The notes below the pieces were generated by a model. That model worked only from the letters and a program-made list of their open reading frames with translations. It was not told where the DNA came from and did no database searches. From a virus (taxonomy: Duplodnaviria; Heunggongvirae; Uroviricota; Caudoviricetes), in the IMG/VR virus record IMGVR_UViG_3300042448_001193: a DNA stretch of 64,000 nucleotides, one strand, 5' to 3'. Each line of letters begins with the position of its first letter. The stretch's first letter is position 1. Positions 35,813 to 46,025 of this stretch are shown here, one piece after another. The translations under genes and the position numbers were made by a program.

Positions 35813-36961
35813 TTAAGGGGATGTGGCTATTTTTCCAGTTCCTGCCATTGAACCCACCAACAATTTTGATCCCGACCAAGCAAGGTTGTTTAGGAATATA
35901 GGCGCTCCGCCCCAGTCTGGCAAATTTCTAAGGTTTGATTGGTACGTCCATGTGACGCCATCGTATGATGTGGCCACTGCCCCGCCACCTACGCCTCCAC
36001 CCAAAGTTCCTACTACTATATTTGATCCTGTCCATACGGCAGAATGCACTGCCGAACCAGAAAGTACTGTGCTCATGCCCGATTGAATCGTCCAAGTAAC
36101 TCCATCAGGAGATGTGGCTGCGGAGGTTCCAAACACAGCAAACTGCGTCCCAGTCCACACACTGGCATACGGCGCGCCTGTTCCCCAACTGGTTGCTTGG
36201 AGGCCTGCTTGGTACGTCCATGTGACGCCATCAGGAGATGTGGCTACTCGACCGTTGTTTCCAGCCACAAAGAATCGCGTTCCTGACCACGAGGCCGTTT
36301 GGACGTTTGCAGTACCCCATGATGGTAAAGCACTGATGCCTGCTCGGTACGTCCATGTAATACCGTCAGGAGATGTGGCTGCTTTACCAGAGATACCAAC
36401 CAGTAAAATCTGTGTTCCTGTCCACACACCGCCAAACGGTATGCCTGTACCCCAAGCGGTCGCACTGAGGCCTGCTTGGTACGTCCATGTAATACCGTCA
36501 GGAGATGTAGCTACGCTACCGCCGCTACCGACTAGGACAATCTGTGTTCCTGTCCATAACGCAAAAAATCCAGTATTTGTGCCCCATCCAGTTGAAGCAA
36601 GGTTCGACTGATATGTCCATGTAATACCGTCAGGAGATGTGGCTGCTTTACCAGAGTTTCCGAATACAGCAAACCGTGTTCCCGCCCACACAACTGCGCG
36701 TGTTTGTGCGTTAGTTGTTCCCCAACTGGTTGCTTGGAGGCCTGCTCGGTAAGTCCAAGTCTGTCCGGGGGTTTTCTGTGTCCCGTAAAAGTTGAACGCG
36801 CTAATTGTGCCCGAACTCGGCACTACACCATTGGTGCCAGATGTTCCTGATGGCACAAATTCTCCGCCTGCGTAGTATTCATTTAAGTCGATGGGGTTTG
36901 TTCCACCAAACTCGGTTTGAATTTGGTTAAGCGAAAGTGTTCCTGAAGTTGGCAGTGGCAT
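35813..36961 (-). CDS. Fibre tip adhesin with Asp-box (BNR-like) beta-propeller
   Basis: N-terminal LPTSGTLSLNQIQTEFGG docking motif; six ATS(P/Y)DG(I/V)TWT repeats at about 44-aa spacing plus a split seventh. Confidence 0.7.
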   Translation of the reverse strand: MPLPTSGTLSLNQIQTEFGGTNPIDLNEYYAGGEFVPSGTSGTNGVVPSSGTISAFNFYGTQKTPGQTWTYRAGLQATSWGTTNAQTRAVVWAGTRFAVFGNSGKAATSPDGITWTYQSNLASTGWGTNTGFFALWTGTQIVLVGSGGSVATSPDGITWTYQAGLSATAWGTGIPFGGVWTGTQILLVGISGKAATSPDGITWTYRAGISALPSWGTANVQTASWSGTRFFVAGNNGRVATSPDGVTWTYQAGLQATSWGTGAPYASVWTGTQFAVFGTSAATSPDGVTWTIQSGMSTVLSGSAVHSAVWTGSNIVVGTLGGGVGGGAVATSYDGVTWTYQSNLRNLPDWGGAPIFLNNLAWSGSKLLVGSMAGTGKIATSP

Positions 36962-36965
36962 TTGC

Positions 36966-37079
36966 TTATCCTTTCGCCTCTAGTGCGACATTATTTAAAG
37001 AAATACTTGCTGTGCCTGATTTATCAAGTTCTACGTTAACTTGGTTCAGTGAAATTGCACCACTTGCTGGCATTACCAT
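36966..37079 (-). pseudogene. 37-aa chimeric stub: N-terminus of an adhesin gene joined to a fibre-gene-like end
   Basis: MVMPASGAISLNQVNVELDKSGTASISLNN-VALEAKG*; the start resembles the next gene's N-terminus and LEAK echoes the end of 30835..35517. Confidence 0.6.
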
Positions 37080-37082
37080 GTA

Positions 37083-37253
37083 TTAGCCTTCAGAATTTCC
37101 AAAATCTAGATCAACCCGACTTGGTTCAATGACCGCTGCTCCTGTACCAACAATCCATAAGTTTACAGTCAATCCAGCATCTCTTGCTTCAGTTATCGCA
37201 AGATTAAGTGCTTCTTTAGCTTCCAGTACTTGTGTTTTTAATTGTTCGTTCAT
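37083..37253 (-). CDS. Small hypothetical protein (56 aa) missing from the ORF track
   Basis: MNEQLKTQVLEAKEALNLAITEARDAGLTVNLWIVGTGAAVIEPSRVDLDFGNSEG; ATGA overlap with the upstream fibre stop. Confidence 0.7.
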   Translation of the reverse strand: MNEQLKTQVLEAKEALNLAITEARDAGLTVNLWIVGTGAAVIEPSRVDLDFGNSEG

Positions 37254-39934
37254 TGCTGTGCCTTCATGAGTTGTTGTACCAGTTCTTTGAGTTCGTTGAC
37301 TTGTGATTTCAAATCTTTTATTTCTTGTGTGTGTATATTGACACCTTCCACCAACAGTGGAGTAATACGATCATAGTTGATAGTTAAATAGTCGAAACCA
37401 CTATCACCAATTTTGGCACCGGCCTTATTAACTACAACTGCATCAGGTAGGGCGGCCTGCACTTGTTGTGCAATAAGACCTATTTCCTCTTTACCTACCG
37501 GTATTGTGCTACCAATCTCCGCAACTTTGGCATTCCAATTAAAACGATATGCAGTAAACGCGCTAAGGATATCTAACGACTCATGTTTAATTTCGCGTAA
37601 ATTTTCTTTTAGTCGGGCATCTGACCAGTACGCCGTCACGTTGCCGGGGAAGTATCCATTACCACCAGAAACATAAAATTTCCATGTACCGCTAGTATTT
37701 CTGTGAAAGCCGTAAGCATCATCATTCATCATTAGGCTAGTACCTGTACCAAACTCGATACCTGCCCAGCCGTTTCGGCTGCCATCAATCTTCCACGAAC
37801 CATAGCTTCCGTTATTAGGATAAAAATGTGCACCGTTGGTGCCTGCGTAAAGACCATAATGTCCGTTTAAATGTACCCAAGTGTTGAACTGTCCGTAATT
37901 ACTTCCACCCTGCTGAATTTCAAAGCCATTATTTAGTCCAAGTGTCGCAAATGAAGCAAGCCCAGCGGCAGTTACACGACCCACTTGTCCAGCAGCACCA
38001 TTTCCAAAATATACTCCCGGCGTACTAGTAGCATACCAGTTTAAATATATTCCACTACTTGCCGCACCATCAAGATGTAAATTTCCGTTAGTTGTAACTA
38101 CACTTGCTCTTCCTGTTCCACCGTGACCGTTGCCACCAACACGTAATGTTGCGCTCCAGCTAGTGTTCGGACCAAAATCTATTGATCCATTTCCTGCGAT
38201 AGTGCCTCCACTTGCTGGTAATGCATATGAACTAAAATTGCTGCTATGTAGAGATTGACGAATGTTTGCTGATAGTGCTACTTCTTTAGTTGATGTTGGT
38301 TTAGCTGTGCTAGTAATACTTGTTACCCTATTAACTGCGTATGTGGCATAAGCTGTGTAAGCCCGTACATTAAATCCATTCCAATAAGATTGTCTTGGCC
38401 ACCAAAAACAAAGATTACCACCAACATTTATCGCAACAAGACCTGTAATATTTGTTCCGTTCGAATATCCGCCGTGGTTAATAATCGTATCTGAGTAAAT
38501 ATAACCCTGATATTGAACATCGTATGGAACAGCATCACCGTAAGAATTGCCACGAATTTCTAGGATAAATGGATCACCCGAAGAAACTGCGTAATTGATA
38601 TCGGTTGTTACAAGCGTTCCCGCAGCAAAATCTCTGTCTGAGTGAAACCACTCTGTAGCTTTAATATTTGCTGAACCACTGAAACTGGTACCATTGATTG
38701 TTCGTGCAGTCTGTAATGTTGTGGCAGTTGCTGCGTTGCCAGTTGTGCTTTGATTGAATGTAGGCCATGTTTGACCAGCAGCGAAACTAATTGCACCAGT
38801 CATGGTACCACCACTCAACGGTAATGCATAACTGTTATAATTGCCTGCGTGTAATACTTGATTGCCACCCTGCTGAAGTGCAACAAGTGAGTTTACGGCA
38901 GCTTCATCTGCCGTAAGGCTAGTTACCCAAGAAATACCAGTACCAGTAGCGGCGGTTCTGAACTCATGGCGACCGTTGCCGAGATGCTGGATATATGCAA
39001 ACTTCTTTTTGGTAGAGTCATCTTCAACCCAGCTACCGTTCCAGAGTGCGTTTGTTGTAAAGTTTAGTCCGTTGCTGTCTGAGCCTTGGCGCGCCTTGGC
39101 AGTCACACCGGTCGTTTCGAGAATCCACTTTTGCCAGGTCGCAACACTGACTGTTGATGCGCCAGTCAATGTACCACCAGCTAATGGTAGTTTAGTACTA
39201 TCAGCAACTGTAATATTTCCACTTCCATCAAAACTTACGCCATTGATTGTTCGTGCAGTGGCTAGTGTAGTTGCTGTATTAGCATTACCGAACAATGCAC
39301 CTCGGAAGTTTGTAGCTTGAATATCGCCTAGTGTGCCACTGAATACTTCACTAGTATTAGTAGCATCTGGTATAAACATCATGTAACCAGTGCTGTCATC
39401 AAAGCCGAAGAAACCTGTCTTAGCAGCACTGCCGTTATGCCAACGGAACTCAATACCACGATCTTTACTGTCATCCGAAGATGGAGCAGTGTCACCACCC
39501 AAAGTGATAACAGGATCATCAACTGTGGTTACTGTACTGTTGACTGTTGTGGTTGTGCCATTGATAGTTAGGTTGCCCGTAACGGACAGATTACCACCAA
39601 CACTAAAGTTGCCACTTGAACTTGTGTGATTATGGCTGTCATCAGCAACTGCGACTGTTAGTGTTGCATCTGCGCTACCATCTATACTTACGTTACCTGT
39701 TGCATCACCAGCGAGTGATAGTGTGCGGGCCGTAGTCCAATTGTTTGCTGTTGCTGCATTACCTGTGGTATTCTGATTAAACGTTGGCCATGTTTGGGTA
39801 TTAGCAAAGGTGATGGCACCATTCATTGTGCCACCATCAGTATGCAAAGCACTAATTTTGGTAGGCGTTATTGCGCCATCAGCCAAAATTCCACCGGTAC
39901 TAACTAAATTGGCAAGAACATCTGCTTTTGACAT
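37250..39934 (-). CDS. Tail fibre protein with C-terminal S74 intramolecular chaperone
   Basis: TARTING.SF.GS.NI and QTWPTFNQ.TTG repeats; YWSDARLK, IGLIAQQV, INYDRITPLLVEG. Confidence 0.8.
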   Translation of the reverse strand: MSKADVLANLVSTGGILADGAITPTKISALHTDGGTMNGAITFANTQTWPTFNQNTTGNAATANNWTTARTLSLAGDATGNVSIDGSADATLTVAVADDSHNHTSSSGNFSVGGNLSVTGNLTINGTTTTVNSTVTTVDDPVITLGGDTAPSSDDSKDRGIEFRWHNGSAAKTGFFGFDDSTGYMMFIPDATNTSEVFSGTLGDIQATNFRGALFGNANTATTLATARTINGVSFDGSGNITVADSTKLPLAGGTLTGASTVSVATWQKWILETTGVTAKARQGSDSNGLNFTTNALWNGSWVEDDSTKKKFAYIQHLGNGRHEFRTAATGTGISWVTSLTADEAAVNSLVALQQGGNQVLHAGNYNSYALPLSGGTMTGAISFAAGQTWPTFNQSTTGNAATATTLQTARTINGTSFSGSANIKATEWFHSDRDFAAGTLVTTDINYAVSSGDPFILEIRGNSYGDAVPYDVQYQGYIYSDTIINHGGYSNGTNITGLVAINVGGNLCFWWPRQSYWNGFNVRAYTAYATYAVNRVTSITSTAKPTSTKEVALSANIRQSLHSSNFSSYALPASGGTIAGNGSIDFGPNTSWSATLRVGGNGHGGTGRASVVTTNGNLHLDGAASSGIYLNWYATSTPGVYFGNGAAGQVGRVTAAGLASFATLGLNNGFEIQQGGSNYGQFNTWVHLNGHYGLYAGTNGAHFYPNNGSYGSWKIDGSRNGWAGIEFGTGTSLMMNDDAYGFHRNTSGTWKFYVSGGNGYFPGNVTAYWSDARLKENLREIKHESLDILSAFTAYRFNWNAKVAEIGSTIPVGKEEIGLIAQQVQAALPDAVVVNKAGAKIGDSGFDYLTINYDRITPLLVEGVNIHTQEIKDLKSQVNELKELVQQLMKAQQ

Positions 39935-39954
39935 TTAAATTTCTTTTCTACTTA

Positions 39955-40290
39955 TTATTCTGTTGATGGAGTAGTTTCTGCATCATCGCGTTTTTGTGCA
40001 AGATGTATGTACAGACTATGTAACATGTTATAAAGATCATCATAATTTGCTGTACCAACAACATCACCGGTTTCTGGATCTAATAATGAAAATTCTGTGC
40101 TTGCTCCAGTCTCAGTGAATTCGTCCAAAACTTCACTCACACGGCCAGACTTTACTCCATTATCAAGAACTGTTACTTTTTCTTCTTGGAAATTTATCTG
40201 TTTTAATCCTGTTTGTGGATTACTAATGCTGAAATGGTAAGCTCGGATCCATGATTCACCGGTTACAGAAGTTTGTTTGTAATTATTCAT
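39955..40290 (-). CDS. Small tail-fibre-associated hypothetical protein
   Basis: 111-aa ORF between two fibre genes. Confidence 0.6.
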   Translation of the reverse strand: MNNYKQTSVTGESWIRAYHFSISNPQTGLKQINFQEEKVTVLDNGVKSGRVSEVLDEFTETGASTEFSLLDPETGDVVGTANYDDLYNMLHSLYIHLAQKRDDAETTPSTE

Positions 40291-40303
40291 TTTAATTCTT
40301 TCG

Positions 40304-43300
40304 TTATGCCGTTGGTGGTGTTTGGCCAGACGATAATGTTAACGTATTGTCATAAAATGCATATCGGCCTCCAGTCATTTTAAACGATTGTTTTGTCCAT
40401 CCCGCAGTATTGTTGCCCATATTTGCATAATAACTTCCTGTGGTACCTGTGCCCTGGTCACTAAATGGGAATGTTGCATGGACGGTAGTCTCCGCGCTCC
40501 ATGAATCCAAAACCTGAAGTCGATAAGCGAAAGGCTCACTGGCATTGTGTGGAAAACGTATATCAATATGACTGGCACTATTGGTTCCCAGATCAACTAG
40601 TCTCCAATCAAATGGATAGTAGTTCCAGTAAGCATAAGACCCAAGTTGTTCAACCTCAAGCACACCGCCACCTGCAAATCCACCCGCCGTACTCTTACTG
40701 AACTTTACTTTCATTATTAAATGTACGCCAGGATTAGTGAGCAAAAATTCAACATATTGTGTTTGATTGGTAGCAGGAAGGGTACATATACGCCACCACT
40801 TTGTGCTGGTTGGTGTAATCGATCCTGTCTGATAGTATCTTGTGAGATACTGGCCGCCCGCTGATGATAAGTTACCCACGGAGTCGATACGCATTCTTTC
40901 AGAGCCGCCGATGCCGAAAACTGTGGCAGTTGCAGAATTTGTGTCGTTGTTGTTAATCGCAAGAGTACCGTTTTTGTATTTAACAATATCAGCAGATGTT
41001 GTAGATGATGAAGCAACCTGCTGAGTAATAAGGCGAGTGATTGCATAAGCACCGGAACTTGAACCTGTGTTGTAAATGTCAAAAAATCTGCCTGCAGTAT
41101 CAGCAGCAGACGCATCTCCCATTCGAATATTTCCGATGGAGTCGATACGCATACGTTCATTTCCCGCACTCGCGTTAGCTGTATCTGGACTTATGCCCGG
41201 AAAACCCGTCAAGAACGCAAGACCTGTTGGCATACTAGATGAAGAACTAAATGTTCCTTCGGAATAACCAGTGATTGATGCTGAGTACAGGATGTTGCTG
41301 GCGCTGTTGCTAGTGTGGTTTCCACCAAACAAAATACCACCAATGCTAATTCCGGACGTTATTGCAGCATCTGTTCTGTGTCTGGCCAACAACGCTTTGC
41401 CTGAAAAGCTGACGCTGCCGTTGCCATCACTGCGCTGTCCAATGACTTCAAGCGCAGGTGCAGCTTGACTAGCATCTGTGTCTTGAATGCGAATGCCACC
41501 TGTAGCAAACGATCCCGCTACTGTGAGTTTTGCTGCCGGCGCATTTGTTCCGATGCCCACGTTACCTGCGGATGTGATACGCATACGTTCAGCAACAGTC
41601 TCAGCGTTTCGTGTGGAAAATCTCAAGTTGCCGTCAGCAAAAGTGCCGGATGTTTGTTGACCACCGACTATCTGAGCAAATCTAACGCCGTGTGCGTTGA
41701 ATCCAATTCCAGAACTTGCAGCATCAGTGCCAGAAATTGAGTTTGAAAGCACCAACGGAAAGGTGTCTGCGGCGTCTTGGTTATTGACATCTAGTTTTGC
41801 TGTTGGAGAACTTGTGTTGATACCTATGTTACCTGCGGCGTTAATACGCATACGTTCAGCATCGGACGTCCAGAATGAAATAGGCTTAAATGCTCCAGTT
41901 GAAACAAAAGATGCAAAAATTCTACTTGTATCTGAAGTCGCATCATATCCCATACCAATGAATGTGTCATTAGCTGAGTTGATGGATGCAATCCCAAGTG
42001 ATGCAGTGCTGGTGTTACCTGATTGCTTTACTGATAAACGATATGTGGGAGAAATTGATCCGATACCCACGTTACCAGCCGTATCAATCCGAACACGCTC
42101 ACCGCCTCCGGTGTAAAAGGTCATAGGGAGATATGTGCCGGTGCCGCGAATGCCTGATTGCAAACGATTTTCGGCACCTGCGGTGTTTGATAGAATTTGA
42201 AATGAGACTCCGTTTGCTTGTGAAGCATCAGACTCAAGATTTAGTTGAGAAGCAGAACCTGTTCCATTAGGAATGACGGTTAATGCTGTGAGGCTGTTTG
42301 CCGTGGTTGTTTGAAATGCCAGTCGGCTAGTTAATGTTCCATTGCTGAAGTCGCCAAGAATACGATTACCTGTGCCTGTGAATGTCAAGTTGCCAGAGTA
42401 CGATGGCAAGTCACTATATGACAATGTGTTGCCTGTAGTCACACGACCCTTAGCATCAACAGTGACTTTAGTGTAAGTGCCTGCGGTAACTCCAGTATTT
42501 GCAAGAGTTGATGTGCCTGTTACGTTAGCAGTACCATTGAAACTGTTACTTGTCCATGTCACATCACCAGTCATTCCAATGGTACGACCGGTTGTAAGTT
42601 GATCTGCTGTGACTTCTGTGACTGTGTAACTACTGTAACCAACGATCTCAATCAAGTCGTCAAGTGCTGCACCTGCAGTTAGTATAATCTCTGTGCCATT
42701 ATTTGCAATATAGTTGGCTGTGGGTGATAGACGAACACCGTTCTTGAATACGTCAACATATGGTGCAACATATATTGCAGCAAATGTCGTCTGTGCTGCG
42801 TTAGCTGTGTAGTTGTAACGATGTTGGATTGCATCAGGTAGTGTAGTGGATACTGTGACATATCCAATAATTTCTACACTGTCGTTTGCAACTGCGCCTT
42901 CACTCAATGTAATTGTTGTGCCGTTCGTTGCAGTGAAGTCTGTGCCAGGTGTTAGTTTCACACCGTTTATGAATGTGTCAACGTAACCTGGAATGTATGT
43001 TGCAGCAAATGAAGTTTGTCCACTGTTTGCTGTGTATGAACTGCGGTACTGTAGTGCATTATTGCCACTACCACTACCCGCGGTCAACAGATTTGTGCCA
43101 ACGTTAGCCGCAGCTTCAGTTAGGTCGATATAAGCACCGCGATTGGTGCCACCCTGCTCAAAAAATCTTATCTTATTCTGGAATGCATCAATCGTTATGC
43201 CAAGACCATCCAGTATAGTATTTGCTGCTGGTTTAGCCAACAACACCTCACCACCAGAATCACCGATGGAGTTGTTTGATATGAGTTTACTTGCTGTGAC

Positions 43301-43600
43301 GTTACCAACAACCTGAGCATTCGCAGAGACATAAATTCTGGATGTAGAAAGTAGTCCTGTTGTCTTATTGAATGATAGATTTGCACTTGAGCCAAAGCTG
43401 CCCAAGTCATTGAATTGGATTTCTTTATCCAATCCACTTGGTTGCGTAGTTAGGATTGAACCTACTGTATCGCTGTCCGTTCTATAATAGATGATGCCGT
43501 CTGCATAGTTTAATGCAAACTCACCATAAGCTAAACTAAGGGCATTAGGTACATTGCCCGTAGCACCCGAAGAACGGAGTGCAATAGTTGTATTTGACAT
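40304..43600 (-). CDS. Long tail-fibre-like structural protein
   Basis: IALRSSGATGNVP..L.YGEFALNYADG N-terminus, two YTANxxQTxF...Y.D.F.NGV.L Ig-like units, GVTAGTYTKVTVDAKGRVT, repeated ERMRI...GN.GIG. Confidence 0.8.
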   Translation of the reverse strand: MSNTTIALRSSGATGNVPNALSLAYGEFALNYADGIIYYRTDSDTVGSILTTQPSGLDKEIQFNDLGSFGSSANLSFNKTTGLLSTSRIYVSANAQVVGNVTASKLISNNSIGDSGGEVLLAKPAANTILDGLGITIDAFQNKIRFFEQGGTNRGAYIDLTEAAANVGTNLLTAGSGSGNNALQYRSSYTANSGQTSFAATYIPGYVDTFINGVKLTPGTDFTATNGTTITLSEGAVANDSVEIIGYVTVSTTLPDAIQHRYNYTANAAQTTFAAIYVAPYVDVFKNGVRLSPTANYIANNGTEIILTAGAALDDLIEIVGYSSYTVTEVTADQLTTGRTIGMTGDVTWTSNSFNGTANVTGTSTLANTGVTAGTYTKVTVDAKGRVTTGNTLSYSDLPSYSGNLTFTGTGNRILGDFSNGTLTSRLAFQTTTANSLTALTVIPNGTGSASQLNLESDASQANGVSFQILSNTAGAENRLQSGIRGTGTYLPMTFYTGGGERVRIDTAGNVGIGSISPTYRLSVKQSGNTSTASLGIASINSANDTFIGMGYDATSDTSRIFASFVSTGAFKPISFWTSDAERMRINAAGNIGINTSSPTAKLDVNNQDAADTFPLVLSNSISGTDAASSGIGFNAHGVRFAQIVGGQQTSGTFADGNLRFSTRNAETVAERMRITSAGNVGIGTNAPAAKLTVAGSFATGGIRIQDTDASQAAPALEVIGQRSDGNGSVSFSGKALLARHRTDAAITSGISIGGILFGGNHTSNSASNILYSASITGYSEGTFSSSSSMPTGLAFLTGFPGISPDTANASAGNERMRIDSIGNIRMGDASAADTAGRFFDIYNTGSSSGAYAITRLITQQVASSSTTSADIVKYKNGTLAINNNDTNSATATVFGIGGSERMRIDSVGNLSSAGGQYLTRYYQTGSITPTSTKWWRICTLPATNQTQYVEFLLTNPGVHLIMKVKFSKSTAGGFAGGGVLEVEQLGSYAYWNYYPFDWRLVDLGTNSASHIDIRFPHNASEPFAYRLQVLDSWSAETTVHATFPFSDQGTGTTGSYYANMGNNTAGWTKQSFKMTGGRYAFYDNTLTLSSGQTPPTA

Positions 43601-44109
43601 TAAAAGTTTCCACCAGCAGATTCTACTTTCACCACATCATTGGAAAGTACTTGGACTTCCTCTGAGCCGTCCACTGTCGTGACTTTGTGCTCTATTACGT
43701 CAATACCCAATTTTTTCTTTTTGGAGTTAGGCAACATTTCTTCCAATTGTTTTATGTACTCAACTTGTTTGGAAAGGTCTTCCTCTAGTTTAGTAGCTTT
43801 TTCAATTGCACCAGAAAGTTCTTTTGACTGTTTATTTAGTGCGGTTTGTAGACGGTGACGCTCACTGTCTGTATTCGAACTGTTTTGTATGATTGTGTTT
43901 TTATTATTCAATTCATTACGGAGAGAGTTATTCTCCTCAATGAGCCTCGAAACATCCGACTTGATAGTCTCATAGTCTTTGTGTACTTTAACGTCTTCCT
44001 CTAATACTGCGATCTGTGTTTGAAATAATAAATTTTGTTTTAGAACTGCACTAAAATTTTCTTGAAGTACTTCATTGTATTTTTGTATAAATCGAATATC
44101 TGTAGCCAT
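43600..44109 (-). CDS. Coiled-coil hypothetical protein
   Basis: Heptad-rich 169-aa ORF within the fibre cluster. Confidence 0.65.
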   Translation of the reverse strand: MATDIRFIQKYNEVLQENFSAVLKQNLLFQTQIAVLEEDVKVHKDYETIKSDVSRLIEENNSLRNELNNKNTIIQNSSNTDSERHRLQTALNKQSKELSGAIEKATKLEEDLSKQVEYIKQLEEMLPNSKKKKLGIDVIEHKVTTVDGSEEVQVLSNDVVKVESAGGNF

Positions 44110-44127
44110 AATATAGCCCTTCCATAA

Positions 44128-45744
44128 TTAGAAACTTCCACCATTCAGCATTGAGAAAGTTGGTATACCTGAAGAATTGATTTGCAAGATGTGACCTTCA
44201 GTTGAAGATGCCACAGATTGCAGTGGTGATGTTGATGTTGTTCCACCAAAAATAACACCGTTCGCGGTATATGAACTGATACCAGTGCCGCCTCTTACCA
44301 CACCTAGTGTGCCAGTGGTGATTGCACTTGTATCTATGTTGATTGCAGTATTGCTTACACCAGAAACGCGACCATAAGCATCTGTCGTAATGATAGGCAC
44401 ACTGCTTACGCTACCGTATGTTCCTGCTGTGCCAGTATTGGCTAGAGTCGTGATTGCTGTGCCATCATAATAGATGGCTGCGCCTGTTGTGTACGTATCG
44501 TTGTTAGTACCGCCTTGTGCGATAGCCAACTTACCAGAAACAACGTTTGTTGCATTAATTTGGATTGCGCTGTTTGTAATACCTGAAACACGACCATATG
44601 CATCAGTTGTGATAATCTGTGTGTTGGAAGCTGAACCGTATGTTCCTGCTGTTCCAGTGTTAGCTAATACAGATAGAGCACCTGTTGAATTACCAACAAG
44701 AATTGAACCTGATGTGAACGATGTTTGGCCTGTACCACCATCAGTTACAGCAATAGCAGAGAACAACGCTGAAACGTTACCGCCTGTAATGTTAGCTTCC
44801 AATGTTGCACGATTTTCTGCACCATAAGAAACTACGTTTGATGTTGGGTCAGATGTTTCACCAACGAACAACTTGAAGATGCCATCGGTCGCATCACGCA
44901 CCAAACCAGCATACTTTGTACCGCCGTTTGTGTATTCACCATAGAAACCAATATCAAGTGCATCTGCTACGTTATTGTTCGCCAGCTTGATCAACGAATC
45001 TTCTGTAGTGATAGTGGTTACGTTTTGTGTAACTGTTTCACCCAAGATTACCAGATTACCAGTAATAGCCAAATCACCACCAATGGTTTGTGATCCTGTG
45101 CCATTTGTTCTTACAACGGTGTTATCAACGTTAATTTCAACTGTGTTGGTTGCGCTAAGAACTGCTGTAGTGATACCATCACCACCAGTAAAGGTAAGTG
45201 TCTGAGTCAATAAATCTATTGAGTCTGTTCCTGTGTCTGCTGCAATACCTAGTGTTGTTGCAACTGATACGTTTGCAGCAGAAGTAATTCTACCGTCAGC
45301 ATCAACTGTAAATGTTGGTATCTGTGTTTGACCACCATAAACGCCCGCGGTTACACCTGTGTTAGTTAACTCTAGCGTAATATCGGCGTTCGCTGTTCCA
45401 TCAAAAACTACGTTTTGAGAATCAACGTCACCGGATACGCGAATGAATCTAGGTGTTTGCAGTGCTGTCGCAGTATTTGCATTACCATACAATGCTGCTT
45501 GAACATACGTTGCATCAAAACCACCAATGTTGTTACGCTTAACGATTGTTGAGAACGTATTAGCAGACGTTGCAGCATCTACGATATCGGTGTAATATTT
45601 ACCACCAACGGCTATAACTGAATTGTCTGACAAACCTATGAATAGTTTGCCGGATGTGTTTGAGTAAGCTGGTTCAGCTACGTTTAACGATGGTGGTGTA
45701 GAAGTTACTTCCGACCATTTTAATTGAATGACTGTATTAGACAT
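44128..45744 (-). CDS. Tail-fibre-like structural protein
   Basis: VIQLKWS N-terminus, (A/T)AG.YG......TD..GR fibre repeats, DSLIKLA..N...DIGFYG.Y motif, C-terminal NGGSF. Confidence 0.75.
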   Translation of the reverse strand: MSNTVIQLKWSEVTSTPPSLNVAEPAYSNTSGKLFIGLSDNSVIAVGGKYYTDIVDAATSANTFSTIVKRNNIGGFDATYVQAALYGNANTATALQTPRFIRVSGDVDSQNVVFDGTANADITLELTNTGVTAGVYGGQTQIPTFTVDADGRITSAANVSVATTLGIAADTGTDSIDLLTQTLTFTGGDGITTAVLSATNTVEINVDNTVVRTNGTGSQTIGGDLAITGNLVILGETVTQNVTTITTEDSLIKLANNNVADALDIGFYGEYTNGGTKYAGLVRDATDGIFKLFVGETSDPTSNVVSYGAENRATLEANITGGNVSALFSAIAVTDGGTGQTSFTSGSILVGNSTGALSVLANTGTAGTYGSASNTQIITTDAYGRVSGITNSAIQINATNVVSGKLAIAQGGTNNDTYTTGAAIYYDGTAITTLANTGTAGTYGSVSSVPIITTDAYGRVSGVSNTAINIDTSAITTGTLGVVRGGTGISSYTANGVIFGGTTSTSPLQSVASSTEGHILQINSSGIPTFSMLNGGSF

Positions 45745-45765
45745 TTATTTCCTTTTATTATTCTT

Positions 45766-46023
45766 TTAGAATGCGCCGCCATTGATGTTTGTTATATCAA
45801 TTTGTGCTTGTGTTAGTGGTGATGACACATAATCATCATTTATAACATCATAAACCAAAACATCTCCCTCTTGGCGGGTTGTCAAGCTCACATCATTCAA
45901 ATCAAAAATTGACACATCAAGATCGGGTTTAAATCTAGGATCAGCAATAGTCGTGCGATTGCTTGATCGGACTGACACTTTACCTATAGTGCCGGGTGAA
46001 CTGAGTCTAGCTGTTATTGCCAT
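45766..46023 (-). CDS. Small virion structural protein
   Basis: DLNDV....RQEGDVLVYD motif and a C-terminal NGGAF like the neighbouring gene. Confidence 0.6.
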   Translation of the reverse strand: MAITARLSSPGTIGKVSVRSSNRTTIADPRFKPDLDVSIFDLNDVSLTTRQEGDVLVYDVINDDYVSSPLTQAQIDITNINGGAF

Positions 46024-46025
46024 AA

